A stretch of DNA of 63,793 nt, counting the filler, from Intoshia linei (lineage: Eukaryota > Animalia > Orthonectida): assembly GCA_001642005.1 (NCBI GenBank). It is 4 parts of 4 records of this genome, joined end to end, with 100 filler letters (N's around TTAATTAATTAA, not from the genome) between each part and the next. Parts side by side here need not be neighbours in the genome. Positions count along the whole stretch, not along the records: positions 1 to 20,329 come from LWCA01000689.1; positions 20,430 to 34,730 come from LWCA01000967.1; 2 more parts are not named here. One strand, 5' to 3'. The notes beneath the pieces are model-generated. The model did not search any database. It saw only the letters and a list, made by a program, of their open reading frames with translations, and was not told where the DNA came from. A program made the position numbers and the translations under genes. This document shows positions 12,001-26,200 of the stretch, one piece after another (the first letter of the stretch is position 1; every line of letters starts with the position of its first letter).

Positions 12001-15000
12001 CATTCCCGGTGAAAATATTTTTAATATAGGACTTGTTATTTATCGACCAATATTTTTCAAATATTTCGATTAAAATAAATATTGATCCTATAATTTCAAA
12101 AAAATGTGCATTGAATGTCCACACATTTCCAATATAGAAATATGGGTAAAAATCTATATAATTCATTTCTTCGCAATTTTTAAATCTCAAATTATCATTT
12201 TCAAAACATTTTGTTTAAAATTTAAATTAAAACTACAACAACGAATTATTAAAAGTAATACAACTTTTTTATTATTATTTTTATATTAATTACAATTCTT
12301 TGCAATATTGGTAAAATTCACCTGAAATATGTTTATAAAGACCTGATTCCGTTAATTATTGATACATAATTGGTATTTTTAAGTATTTATTCAATTAGTA
12401 CTGAATATATATTATCACATTGAAAATGACAAAATAATTTATAATTTAATTAATTTAATTTAACAGGTTTTTATAATTTTATTTTTTCTGGAATTTATGC
12501 TATTTATGATAATTTTTAAATGAGTGTTTTTACTTTATTGTTAAGATTATACAACTCATTCTGTCTAATAAATTAAACCGTTTTTACTTTATTTTGTACT
12601 ATTTGTACAAGTACATAGCAGACAGGCTAGTATTATGATATAAATACCTAATTATAATCGAAAGTTGTTTAATCAGTTTCGTGAGGTTGTTGTGATCTTG
12701 GTGAATGGTTGGTGTATTTTTTTGTAAATCTAATATTACCGTATACAATATAATATGTAAATAGAAAAATTAATACCTATTAACAATAATTTCATTTGTG
12801 GTAATCGTACAATGGGACGATGCATAAGAGTAAGAATGGACAATTTTTTAAAATCTGGATGACGTTTTACATTCTAAGTATAAATTATCTAAAAAAATAA
12901 TAAATATACTTGCATATAATTATTAAAATCTGGTTCAGTCTTTTCCAATACACTAAATCTTTCTTGAGCCACATCAATGTAAAAAACATAAAATGGGTAT
13001 ATTTTTAACATTTCAGGAAGCTAATTATATTGCCATTAATATAATAGTTTGCAATTACAAATTTTAATATTATTGGGGTTATTGTGGAACGTTCATTATT
13101 AGTTTCTACTTCAAAATTCATTTCTTTATGCAATTCACAATGCAAAGTATACAGACTATCAATTTTGGCAAAAATTAAACGAGAATCTGTTGGGGAAAGT
13201 TTGTAATTTGTTGATAGGGGAGGTTGAAAATTTAAAGGTTTTTTGGATTTTTTTACATTTATTTCAAGTGATTCATTTTGGTTTAAACATAAAGATGGAA
13301 CTAGTAGATCTGTAACTACATATTCTAAATCTTCTTTAACCTAAATATGAATGTATAAATCAAAGGTTAGAAGCCAGTGCCGAACATACCTTACACCGAT
13401 ACTCTCTTCTAAAATAGACATTGAAAATGACAATGCCATTATTTACCATATTATTTTTTCTGGAATTTAAGCTTTTTAGGATTGTACTGTTTTTAATTTA
13501 TTTTTAAGATTAAGGTGGAGTAATTTAATTTACTTTAAAAGGTAATGTGATATGACGGGTCTGCGTGAAAAACGTTTGGGAACCACTCCTTTAAAGGATT
13601 GATAATAATGAATAGTATCATTTTTAAGTTAGATTTTATTATTGAATTAATTTTTTTGGTAGAATGAAAATGTCCGCCCTCGGCAGAGCTAGTTGCTGTT
13701 TGTATGTAGTACAAAGCAGTCAACATAGTATATAATATTTTAATTTAAAAAAAAAAATTAAATTATGTATTTTGATAAATAATTATTTGCGATTAGCCCA
13801 CCGTTGAAAACCACTGAATTAGTATGTAGAATGAATGATATATAAATCGTACCATCACTTGCATTTCCCCTACTGCTAAGGGTTAATAATATTTCTAAGG
13901 ATTACAAAAAAAAAGTTTTCCTTGGATGATTAATACATGCTTAAGTTTGTAACGTAGTGCGTCAATTTGTATCTAGTTGCTTTTTTAAAAGATTTTGTTA
14001 AAATTATTTTATACAGTCAGACTTCTCCATATCGTTAACCCTATGATCTATTCGCTACAACGTTATACTCTCAATAACGCCAAACCCTCAATACCGCCAT
14101 AAATATAGAAAAACCAAAATGGCGGCATTGAGAGGTCTGACTTTTTTTTAACCAAATTGTAATGTTGTCTTTAAACTTTAACTGAAGCGATAAAACTCAA
14201 AAATCTTAATATTGGTTATTCTAAAAAATGTTTTAGAAACCGTTTTAAAGTTTGGTTTAAAAAAATCTTAAAAGCGCCCTTGAACGTTGGATTAAAAAAA
14301 TTTTAAAAACATTATTGAATATTTGATTTAAAATGATTCTTAAAAACTCTTTTTTAAAGTTAGGTTAAAAAAATCTTAAAAACTACCTTTTAAAGTTTGG
14401 TTAAAAATAAATCTTAAAAACCCTTTTTTAAAGTTTGGTTAAAAAAATCTTAAAAACCACCTTTTAAAGTTTGGTTAAAAATACATTTTAAAACTATTTT
14501 TTAAAGTTTGATCAAAAAAATGTTAAAAACCACCTTGAACGTTTCGTCAAAAAAAATCTTAATAATATTAATATAAAATCTTTAAGATTGGTTATAAAAA
14601 ATATTTTACAAAAGCGACTATTTACAAATTGACGTATACTCATTAACAAATATTTTTTGTAATATCAATAATTAGTGATGTAAAGGTTTATTTGGTGGTT
14701 GATATATAATTAAAAAAATACTTTAATTAAGAGGAGTAATACTTTAACATATGATAATTCTGTGGAAATTAACTCGTTTAAAATATATATTCTTTTCTTC
14801 GGAAAAATACTCTCTGTGGTTTCTTTTTGATGGATAGAACTCGATCGAACATGTACACCATAATTATAAAAAAGTCTGTTGACTTTTTTCTTCAAACTAC
14901 CGAAAATTATTGATTCACGACCTCGAGAACCTACAAAAAATGTATACATATAAATTACGTGAAAAACCAGAAATATTAGTTGAAGTTACAGAGGTAGTTT

Positions 15001-15911
15001 TGTTTTTTATTTCAGATTCTTCGTTTATTTTTTTGGTTAAAGGTCCTATGGTGTTATCCTTTTGTAATGTATGCTATATAAAATAATATATAAATCATTC
15101 TCATCTATTCAAAAAAATCGTCTACTAATTCAATAAATTGGTTTATAATGATTAATAAATGAAACTTCCAAAATTAGTAACAAATATCAAGAAAATTAGT
15201 AAAAATCGTCAGGCAGTAAACTCGTATGTTATACTACATGGAATACGGATTAAGGGTACGAAGATAATTTTAATGTATTATCAATTTATTACCGTGAATT
15301 TTAATTTTATGTTTTTTTCTATTGGTAAAACGTATAAATTTAAATGTAAATTAAAAATCCTTATTGATTGTTAAAAAATTATCATTGATTTCAGATAAAT
15401 TTTAAGACTTAACCAAGTTAATATATCAATTATGAATGTCATTTTAGTACCTGTCTTTTTATACGGTACATAATATTTGTTAATGTTCATAATTCTAAAC
15501 TATGAACTTTGTAACATAAGTACGTTGTTACATTAGATATATTCTACCTTGCTATAATTTTTTTCAGGATTAATATGACTTGAATCTACAGAATATTTCA
15601 ATAAATATAAATTAAAAAATACTTAAACTCGTCGTTGGATTATCATTTGTTTTAATTTGTGTCGAATTTGAATTTCCACCCTTTTTAGAAATCTTACTCA
15701 TTTCTAATTTAATCTAAATGGTTTTTTTCAAAATTTGTAAAAATATTATCATAATACATTTAAGTTTGACTTGTCAATATTTATATTTGTTTGATAGTCT
15801 TTATTTTCTAAAACAATTTTTACAAGAAATTTTAATATGGGAAATAAATCATTTCTAAATCATCCATATACCTGGATTCTGTTTTAAACATTTTATACAT
15901 ATAGTACCCAT
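9012..15911 (-). CDS. ECT2-like DH-PH RhoGEF paralog without BRCT domains, about 16 exons, N-terminus MGTICIKC
   Basis: Spliced exons align with the neighbouring ECT2: KRIYILNELISTELSYV, YKLSPTDSRLIFAKI, EMLKIYPFYV, LMHRPIVRLPQMKLLL, QLMEDCP|PQLVSSNR, GTLFIFSDLIL, IVDVINTK. Intron phases are consistent from ATG 15911 to TAA 9012. Confidence 0.85.
9376..9480 (-). repeat. Family A 3' end fragment
   Basis: actaggttgactgttatg...gagggcacattttt is nearly identical to the 24717 end and the reverse complement of 42590-42667. Confidence 0.75.
11424..12630 (+). mobile_element. Helitron-like non-autonomous repeat (family A)
   Basis: Starts atataatatgct followed by a gt-rich microsatellite-like tract and ends ...ggCTAG|t. 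The body matches 41789-42667 and, inverted, 24717-25930 and 33590-34730. Confidence 0.6.
13420..13729 (+). repeat. Family A 3' fragment
   Basis: gggaaccactcctttaaaggat...cagagctagttgctgtttgtatgtagtac matches 42520-42667. Confidence 0.7.
14190..14600. repeat. Minisatellite, about 35-36 bp unit, roughly 10 degenerate copies
   Basis: Repeated ttttaaagtttggttaaaaaaatcttaaaaac units. Confidence 0.85.
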
Positions 15912-16598
15912 ATTATAATCTAATGTTTGCCATTTTCCAATTTTCTTTGAATTATATTGATTCAGCTGTATAATTTAAATAAAATTATAAACTAAAATCT
16001 AGTTTAACCTTGATCAGTCAGGTATATGTTATTTTATTTCTAAATAATTTGTTGGTAATCTTACGATCGTAATTAATTTTTATTTTATTTGAACGTTTTA
16101 GTGTCAAATTAATAAATTAGGTTGGAGGAAAGTAAAAGGATGACTCGGATAATTAGAAATCCGATTATTCGAAATATATTCCGATTATTGTAAGCGATTA
16201 ACCGGATCTCAGTCTCTATACCATTCTACGTGAAATTCAAATTGTATATATTATAAAGCATATTCTTGATTAAACGCAATAAAATAATTACAAAATATTT
16301 ATAGCGTAAGTAATTACAAGGAAGGCATTGGAATTAATTGGTTTTTTGAAATATAAAAAAATTTGAATTAATTGAAGATTCATAACAATATCATAATCAT
16401 TTTTAAAAAACTCTCATGTGGTTATAATGAATATACTAGGATGCTGTTTGTCCGAAGTACATAACAGTCAAGCTAGTAGGTTAAATAAATCATTTTTCTG
16501 GTGACAAACACATTTCTATTTTTCTAAAATGGTATAGAATAATGAAAAGTTAATAATATTATATCAAAATATTATACTATTTAGAAAATATTTTCATA

Positions 16599-19500
16599 TT
16601 ATTTTTTTCTGCCTTCCAATTTGGTAATAAATAAAGCATGGTGGGATTGCGATTCGCTAAAACTAGTGTTGACAGTGTCAACTTGACACCTTAATATTTT
16701 ATTATTATAACTTATAGTGTATAATGATTAAATTTAATTTTTGAACTACGTAAAAAAATTACAATTAAATTAATTTTTTCATCCAACCATTCGTCAATAA
16801 AAGGATTCAATTTATATTTTTTCAGTTATATGAAAAAACCAATTAATTGAAAATTATCTTTTCATTTTTCAATTAATTGGTTTATACAAAATAATTGATT
16901 GCAATCAATTATTTCCAATCCCTGGTTATGAGCATTTTTAAGTGATGTATCATTTGATACATAGGCTTTGAAAGGGTTAACGAAAATTAAAATTTATTTA
17001 ATTTAAAATTTTTTAACAGAGACGTCGTTCTTGGTCTTCCACGTTTTCTAGATAAAATTTATAATTTATTCATTTTTAGATATTAAATTCATTAATACAG
17101 TCAAACCTCACAATATTGAACGAAAATAGTTAATTGTAGTTATTAATTATTTTATTTTAAATTATGTTCACTTTTGTACGAATTTATATGAAAAACTATT
17201 ATATATAGCAGACGTTCCCATACTTTTTTCATGGCGGACCAGTAATAAATTATAAAATTTATCGCGGACTACTAAATCGATATTACTAGGCAAGATTAAA
17301 AAATTTTCATAAAAAACTTAATAAATTGACTTTTAATTAGTAAATTAATTTTTTCAAAATTTTTCACGGACCGACATTTGGCAAACGCTGATATATACAA
17401 TAATAATTCTCTTGTGGCAAGACACGTCACAACGTAATTGGATTGTGCATTTAAATATAAGTATGGACTATTCGACCCACTTAGACAAAAACGACCAACA
17501 AATCAGTGACATGTAAATTGTAGACATATAGAACAAACTTAAAAAGTAAAATTTATCTAAATTATGTTATTAAATTTTAAATTGGTAACCGTGACTTAGT
17601 TCAAGTATTGGAACAATGACTAAGCCAAATATGATATAAAAAATGGGTAAAGTAGCACCTAGTACTTATAAAAATTATAATGTTGGCAATGCCATTTCAA
17701 TGCAATAATTTAATTTTAAATTAAATGCCAACTTGGCATACACAATCATGTCAGTTGACACATTAGCGTGTTACAATATAATAGAAATAATAATGATAAT
17801 ATACATTTTATTTTATTGAAATAAATAAAAGTATACCTGCCAGTTTTAATCTTTTTATTTTCATTAGTAGAATTTTCAACATTTGATTCAGATTTTATAG
17901 AAAAATCAATAAAAGGTTTTTCTTCTTTAAATACTTTAGATTCATCGGCATCATCAGGTATTATATCAATAGGACTAAGTAAGGAATTATATATGATAAA
18001 AGATACAGTACGTTTCCTTTAAAGTTGTAGACTCAATTTCTGTGTCATACTTGTTGACCATTCTTTTTAGAATGGAAACAATGGTATTTCTAAATTAACT
18101 TTAGCCAAATCGGAAATAATGGAAATCTAACTGACACATTTTGAGGATATCGACTATTAAATTTTATACACACAGTAATTTATATTTTACGTAATTGTGC
18201 ATTAAAAATTAAAGATTTTAATTTAAATCCCACATTAAAATACTTTTGATAAAATTGAATTTGTTACAATGCCCAATAATTATTTAACACCCTCAAATCA
18301 GAAAAAGTATTATTTTTATATACATGTATAAAATCATACTTTTCATTGGATTCTCTTTTAAATGACTCAAATTTAGATTTTAAATATGTCATTTTGGAAA
18401 TAATATCACTGTTAAACTGTTTAAACTCCTTCATAAGGTTAGATCTTGAATCTGATAGCATAGCTTCGTATTTGAACATGTAGTTTATATAGGTATCACG
18501 TGTGTTTTTCTGTTTGAAGTTGAGATAATCGTCCAATTCTTTTTTAAAGTATTTCAACTAAAAGCATTAAAGTAATGTTATATCAAATAATCTAAATATT
18601 TCAATAAACTATACATTTTTATCGACCGATGCAAACAATGAAAAAAAATTTAAAAAGGAAAAAAATAAATATCAAATTGAATTGCACGAATTATATATTT
18701 TTCAAAATACTGACCCTCGAATATAATTCGATACCGATTAAATTCCATGTTGCTAAAAGTGGATTTTTCCTTCACATATCTGTTAAATTTAAAATTAGAC
18801 GAAATTCTACAGAATGACTGATTCTTTAAACGAACAATAAGATATACAATGTATTATACATTATGATATAGTAAATGAATATTTACTTAAAATTAAATTA
18901 CATCTATTTTTAATTTTTCGTAAACTAAGAATTGTTTTTCAAATAATTCATTATTTTTTTTCGATTATACAAATTTCGTCAAATTGATTTTTTTGTAAAT
19001 CATTAGATTCGAATATAGTTTTAGCAGGGGTTGCAACATGAATTTCTATATATTTATTTTTCTAAAAAATAAAATAAAATACGTATTTGTATGTCGAATA
19101 GGTTCAATAATTTTTAATTGTTAAACATTACTTTGATATTAATATCTTCATCACTCATAATGCAGGTATTATTACAAATTGAATTGTTGATCTTGTTCCT
19201 AAATATATTACAATATTAATAATTAAATTATAAATACGTAATATGATTTGACGGTGTTTCATCTAAATTTAAAAAATTATTTTATAATTAATTCTAGGAT
19301 TTTTAAATTTTTATTTTCTGGCACTTAACTCAAAATACTCTACATGGAGTTGGATTATAAAAATTCTGTTAAATAGGACCTTTACTACATCATAAATTAT
19401 TATATATTAGATAATGCCCAAAATTAGATTAAAAAATTTTTGCTTATTTTTTATTATAATTAATACTTATTAAAGAGCCGTAATATATGTTTTAGTGGAT

Positions 19501-19694
19501 ATAATTTTGCTAAATTTAACTTTTTTTAATCTAGAAGAGATGGTTCAAAAAAGGTAGAGAATTCGTCGTAAACATTACTATAAATTTTGATGAGTTGTGG
19601 TATACTACAAAAGGTATTTGAAAAGTTTTCATAGTTATTATTTATATGCCAATATACCTGTAACTGTTGTGTTTGCTCTATTATTTTTTTCCAT
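16599..19694 (-). CDS. Uncharacterised multi-exon protein, probably helical or coiled-coil
   Basis: ATG 19694 (MEKNNRANTTVT) is followed by small GT-AG-bounded exons, the 18264-18557 ORF, and exons NTIVSILKRMVNKYDTE and PIDIIPDDADESKVF. There is one apparent homopolymer frameshift near 18955. No family recognised. Confidence 0.5.
17209..17390. mobile_element. hAT-type MITE
   Basis: TIRs cagacgttccc / ggcaaacgctg with 8-bp TSD atatatag/atatatac. An inverted relative lies at 47035-47373. Confidence 0.75.
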
Positions 19695-20329
19695 AATTAA
19701 ATAATAATATAAAAAGGAGTTTTCAAAGTTGACTAAAATAACTTTATTATCTTATACTTAGGTAAAACAATATTTATTTACTGAATAGCGTTATTCTACA
19801 TCTTTAATCGATATATTTATACATACGTGTAGCTTACTAAGCTTAGATTAGTAACATACAGGCTCAACTTTTCAGTTTGTTGGCAAAATTGTGTAGCAAA
19901 AAATTAGTTGAGAAATATCAAGATTTTATCTACATCAGAAGCGATTATGACATTGTGATAATTGTAACGCTTTGTTAGCGATACACATAATTGCGGAAAA
20001 TCGGGTATTTTACATTTATTAATTAAGTAAATGTATATAACAAGCATCTTAACTTCCATTAACTTAAAATTTTCTAATACAGGTTAATTCCTCGTTAACA
20101 GAATTTTTGGTCCTGAAAAAAATCCCATTCTCATTAATGGATTTTTTTATAAATAATGTGCTATACGTTCAAATAATAAATTTTTTGATTTTCATTCCAT
20201 TTAACATATCATTTTTTTAACTGGTCATTTATTTAATGATTTTATATCATATAATTAATCGTCAATTACTTAACAATGTTAAAATAACAAATATAAACAA
20301 AAATTTATTATTTTTTATACAGAACTATA

Positions 20330-20429
20330 NNNNNNNNNNNNNNNNNNNNNNNNNNNNNNNNNNNNNNNNNNNNTTAATTAATTAANNNNNNNNNNNNNNN
20401 NNNNNNNNNNNNNNNNNNNNNNNNNNNNN
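20330..20429. other. Assembly gap with TTAATTAATTAA linker
   Basis: N-run, six-frame-stop linker, N-run. Confidence 0.97.
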
Positions 20430-21589
20430 CAAGTATGTATTAACTTCCCAAATTTTTGGAAAAATCAAAGCCAAAAAATTGGAAAAATTTGTCTGGGAGT
20501 ATATGGGTTAATATACTATTATTTATTTCACATTTTTGGATCATTTATATAACAATTGTGGCATATTGTCAAAATATGAATATTTTACATTTATTCGATT
20601 GATTAAGTTTGTCAATTCTACATTTTGTGTAATGATCTGGTTTTAGTATAAACATTTGACAAACGTGCATTAATTATGCTTAATCAGTTGTTTGCATACT
20701 TGTTTAAATATACATTTGTTATGCAAACTGACTTTATAAAATATTTGACTTGAATAAATATGGTCACAATATTTTTTGAGTAAACTATTTCATTTAGAAA
20801 TGTGAAAAAACAAGTTGTACTAATTAACGAGACAATGTATTTTCAATTTTTTTTACTTTATGGTACCCGTTATATTCGAAAATTTAAATTATGATGCATA
20901 TTTAGATTTTAAGCATTAAATATCATGCTATACAAAACTAAAAAAAATTGATAAATTTTAATTCAAATCGAAAAATAAATGTGTATTTTTTAGTAATTTT
21001 AACAAACATTCTGAAAAATCAATACAAAAATAATTATTATCGCGAGAATTGTATTGGTTAATTAATAAAATTAAACAAATGTATTAAATTTTTACATCTG
21101 ATTAAAATTTCAAATCAATGAGATTCTTATGCCAGTGTTTGATTTTTGAAAATAAATTAAAAATGGCTTAATAAATTTAAAAATGATTACAAAATATCGA
21201 TATTATCAACCCGAAATTACATCAATTGTCATTGTCTATAAGAAATATAATTATACAACTAATCACCAGTTGGGAATGTGCACAATCCAGAATGATTTGA
21301 GTATATTGGTAATGAGGGCCAAAAATTGAAAATCATTTTTAAACATTCATGAATCATGACTAACCGAAAATTGTTGCGATATCAAATCCTGATGTGAATA
21401 GTAAATTATACATTTCATCATGAAATGTAATTTATGTCATTCTTCGATTTCAGGGATTTTTATTTCAATATTCTCTTTATAATTCGCCAATCCCCACGTC
21501 GCCATGTATGCAAAATTAATGATATTATAGGTGATATTATAGGTTTCCGTTCAAGTTTGAATTAGAGAATACTCTACATCAGAGCGGGA

Positions 21590-21935
21590 CAGTGCGACAT
21601 AAAGGCCGTATGCGGCCTTCTGAACAATTTGAATTATTTTTCATTTAAAATGTTAATTTTTGAGAAAATATTGGTAAAGCAGGTTTTTTTCCTTAAGGAT
21701 TGTTAAACTTAAGTTTTTTTATAGATCAGATTTTTTAAAAAAATATTTGTAAAAAAGGATTTGTTCATTAAGGGTTGGTAAAATTTTGGTTTTTTCTCAT
21801 AAGATTTTACTAAAATGTACTAAAAATTTATCATTCACCCCATGAAAATCACTGCTGTATATGATTAAATTTTATTTAGAAAGTTACTGCCTTATTAATT
21901 TTTTTGGGACGCTAGTGCGACCTTCGAACAGCAAA
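21590..21935. repeat. hAT-like dispersed repeat; inverted partial copy at about 26000-26240
   Basis: gtgcgaccttcgaacagcaaat at about 21915 is the reverse complement of atttactgttcgaaggccgcac at about 26004, and internal segments are shared. Confidence 0.55.
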
Positions 21936-22509
21936 TAGTCTGACTCTGACTAAATGTAAACGAAACTGCTCATCTTGCAAAGATTTACCTAAATTGTTAG
22001 AAAAAATCAATAAAAATTGACTATTTTGAATTATTTTATGTGGCAGGTCAGATTTCACTACCCTGATACATACAAAACATGTTTATACTTATACGGTTAA
22101 TTTGTAATCAATTTTACAAAAGAAAAGTCAACCTTTTAAACACTTTATTATTTATAGCGCAATGGTGTTCCATTTACTGTACATTTTACATGTTATTTAT
22201 TATGATAAATTTTATATAACAGTGGAATCTCGATCATACGATTTAATCGAACATTCGATTATACATACATCAAAATTGTAAATTTAACTTTAAAGTTTAG
22301 TTCATATAGGATAATAATTATCATAGTCTATGACATAGATAATCAAAACTTCATTTACATTTGAGTCTTAACTTTAGATAATTCTGTTGATATAATAATT
22401 AGTGTTTTTAATTGATTCGTTTATACTAAATAATGATGAAATTTTTTATTTCATTTTATTTAATGAACTAGAATTGAAAATTGATTAGTCTATGCCGTAG
22501 ATTCAATAT

Positions 22510-22717
22510 ACAGTCGATTCTGTTCTATATCAACATGAAAGGACCAGGTTTTGATCATGTTCATACTATACTGTAATATGAACATATATGAATGGCGATA
22601 ATAATATAATTATTTGTTTCGAAATGTCCAATCAATGTTTGTTCAAACAAAATTCTTGTGTTCATATTGAGATGAGTTCATATTCTAGTATGTTCATATA
22701 GAACAGAATTGAGTGTA
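22510..22717. mobile_element. Tc1/mariner-type MITE
   Basis: TIRs tacagtcgattctgttctatat / atatagaacagaattgagtgta with TA ends. Confidence 0.75.
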
Positions 22718-23296
22718 ATAACAGATTTAAAAATCATACCCTTTAAATATTACATTGTACAATTTTTATTAATTTATAATCAAATTGTGTCAATTTTGTC
22801 ATTCACAAAAATAAGGGACATTAAACATTAGGATTAATATAACGAGTATTTGCAGAAACAATTTGTAAGTAATAGTATTGTACAATAAATGTATTTAATC
22901 AATATTAAAAAGTGCTCTATATTCAAAATAATTTTGCAGCAATAATATAACCTAATACAAGTATTTTCGCTTTTAATTTGCTAAATATGCAATGAGCTAT
23001 TAGTAAATCCAAGTCCAACGTAGCTGATTTCGTTTCCAGGATATATATTCAATGGAGATACAAAAAGGAATATTTAGCTTTAAATAATTATACTGTACAT
23101 AATTGCAAAGCATGAGCAACGAGAATAACAGAGCCATATTCTAATAATATTTGTTACTCAAATTTTAACATTAGCTTTGTTTATTCATATGATACAATTT
23201 TTTTTCTTTTATCATTAAAAGTAAGTTTAGCACAGAAAAATTTAAACATTTGTAATACAAGAATTAAAACTATCGCACAAATGCGAATGTGAACGG

Positions 23297-26200
23297 ATGA
23301 ACTCTATGCATAACATTTATCAACAAATCACAAGTTTAGAAAAACCTATAAATGGAAATTTAAATAAAAACTTTGTAAAGGATGATTTGTTTGAATTGGA
23401 ATTGGAAAATAGCCATGCAGAGAGACGTGTTTTAAAAATTATTAATGATTCAAATGTACCTAGCACCAAAAAAAACACTAATAAAGATAAAGGCAAAGAA
23501 AAAAACTGTGATACAAAATTTGACAGCAATATCAAAAGTATGGTCACTTCTCCACACTTTAGACCAAAAAAATCAAAATCTCCCATTTTGACCAAAAACT
23601 TTTATACTAGTTTCGGTAAGTTCGATAAAACAGAACCTTCTAGAAATAATAAAAACTCTTCTCATTACATTTGGAATAATGACGTAGACTATACTTGCAA
23701 AAATCGATTTTTTGAACACTCTTTCAATTGGAATACAAATTATATTGAACCACCCTTTCGTCGAGTCGTTCCACCTGTAGCAGTATTATTTTAATTTAAA
23801 TATAAATTAACACATTTAAATTTTAAATTAAAAAATAAATTTAGACACATTGTTCCATGGACGATTCAATTTCAATTGATTCATATTCAAATTCTTACAA
23901 AGATGTTTACAGCGACTCTTCAGTATACAATCAAAACCAGTTTTCTGAAAATGGATCAATATGTACTCTTGACAACGAAAAAAAGCCTGACAACGAAACC
24001 CCTAAAACTAACGAAAAAAATCAGCTATGTAACGAAAATAAATTAAAAAATATACAGATAAATATGAGCAAAGAAAGTTTTATCAACTTTTCACAAATAA
24101 ATACTCTAAGTAGCAATTTTTCTGTACCACAATATCAACAGGACAGAAGTAATTCTAATGTTTCTTATTCATGTAATTCTACAGATTCATACAGTATTAT
24201 TTCACAAGAATATTTTAATAAGTCAGAATTTGACGTCAACTCTTTACCTCAAAGACCATGCGTATCTGTGGACACTGGAATTTCCAGTCGAATGGAGAAA
24301 TTAAATATTAGAGATAAACATAAAGCCATTTCAAAATCACTTTTTAAACACCCACCAAGTTTTTCATTTAATCCTAGAAATATGACAAGTTCTAATCATA
24401 TTGCTTCACATTATCAATATTTTCGAAATAGCTTGAATGCTCCTTCAGCTAGGGATGAAAGATATTCTCGTAAAGTTTTTGTTGGAGGTCTTCCTCCAGA
24501 TATTGCGGAAAATGAGATATCTGATAGTTTTGAACTTTTTGGGCATTTGTCTGTCGATTGGCCGCATAAAGCTGAAAGCAAGTCGTATTTTCCTCCAAAA
24601 GGTTTGTTTTTATTTTACAATTTAACAATTTATTTATAAAAATATACACATGTATTTGATATTTTTTAATTATAATATCGAAATTTTGCATTGAGAGAAT
24701 CGTATTTTATAAAGTTACTAGGTTGACTGTTATGTACTACGTACAAACAGCATCTAGATCTGCCGAGGGCATATTTTTATTATACCAAAAAAATAATATT
24801 CACGTTGAAAATCTAACTTAAAAATCCTATTATTCACTATTATCAATCCTTATTGAAAATCTAACTTAAAAATCCTACTATTCACTATTATCAATTCTTT
24901 AAAGGAGGGTTCTCAAACTTGTTTCAGGTGGAATCGTCATATCACATTACTTTTTACTTTAAAGTGAATTATCCGTCTTAATTTTGTCTTGTTAACATTT
25001 GGGTAAAAGATTTTAAAAACAATTGTTATCTCATTTTTTTCATTTATTAGACAGAATGTGTGTATAATATTAAAAATAAAGTAAAAACAGTCAAATACTA
25101 AAAATTGTCATAAAGGTGTGAGTTTTGGAAATTGAAATTTATATTATTATATGTAAAAATTGTAATAAATAGCATAAATTCCAGAAAAAAATAAAATTAT
25201 AGAAACCTATTTTGTCATTTTCACTGTGATGATATATATTCAGCACCAATTTAATAAATACTTAAAAATACCAATTATGTATCAATAATTAACGTAATCT
25301 TCACTTTATAAACATATTTCAGTTAAATTTTACTAAACTTGCAAAGGATTGTAATAAATATAAAAATGATATTAATAAAGTTGTATTACTTTTAGTTTCG
25401 TTGTTGTGGTTTATATATAAATTTAATTAAAAATGTTTTGAAAATGAGAATTTGAAATTTAAAAATTGCGTAGCAATGAAAAAAATTCTGAAGAAATGAA
25501 TTATATAAATTTTCACCCATATTTCTGTATTGGAAATGTGTATACGTTCAATGCACATTTTTTTGAAATTGTAGGATCATTATTTACATTTTCAATTTTT
25601 ATTTTAATGGATATATTTGAAAAATATTGGTTGATAATATATTAAAAATTATTTTTCACCGGGAATGCGTAGATTTCTCGGGTTGAACTTTTGTATTTAT
25701 ATCCACTCGAATAAGCTCTATCCGAATAATTTTTTTTTTTAAATTTTCGGACCGTTAATTATTTCACATTTTTTGTGTTAATAAAATATTTCGAAAAATA
25801 TATATAAATACTAAAATGTTTTTTTGACCGTGAAGGCGTCACTCATTCCGATTGAAATTTTTTGTGTGAGTTAACAGGATACAACTGTACCACCTGTAAA
25901 TTGTTTTAAATTCTAGGGCTGTTTTCACTAAAAAAAACGTAAAATATATAAATATTTATATTTTAAAAGAAATAGAGGGTTATACTCTAAGGAGATGGGA
26001 AGCATTTACTGTTCGAAGGCCGCACTATCGTTCCAAAAAAATTTATAAGGCCGTACCTTTCCAAATAAAAATTATCAAATACAGCAGTGCTGCTCATGGG
26101 GGGACTGATAACCCCCAGGGGTGAATGATGAATTATAGCATATTTATTTTAATTTGAAATCTAAATGTAATATATTATGAAAAAATACCATTTTACCAAC

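Noticed and set aside
14190-14600. About 36-bp periodic array resembling CRISPR
   Set aside because: No unique spacers and no cas genes. It is a degenerate minisatellite in a eukaryotic intron.
20374-20385. TTAATTAATTAA palindrome repeated three times in the window
   Set aside because: Always centred in N-runs, so it is an artificial scaffold linker.
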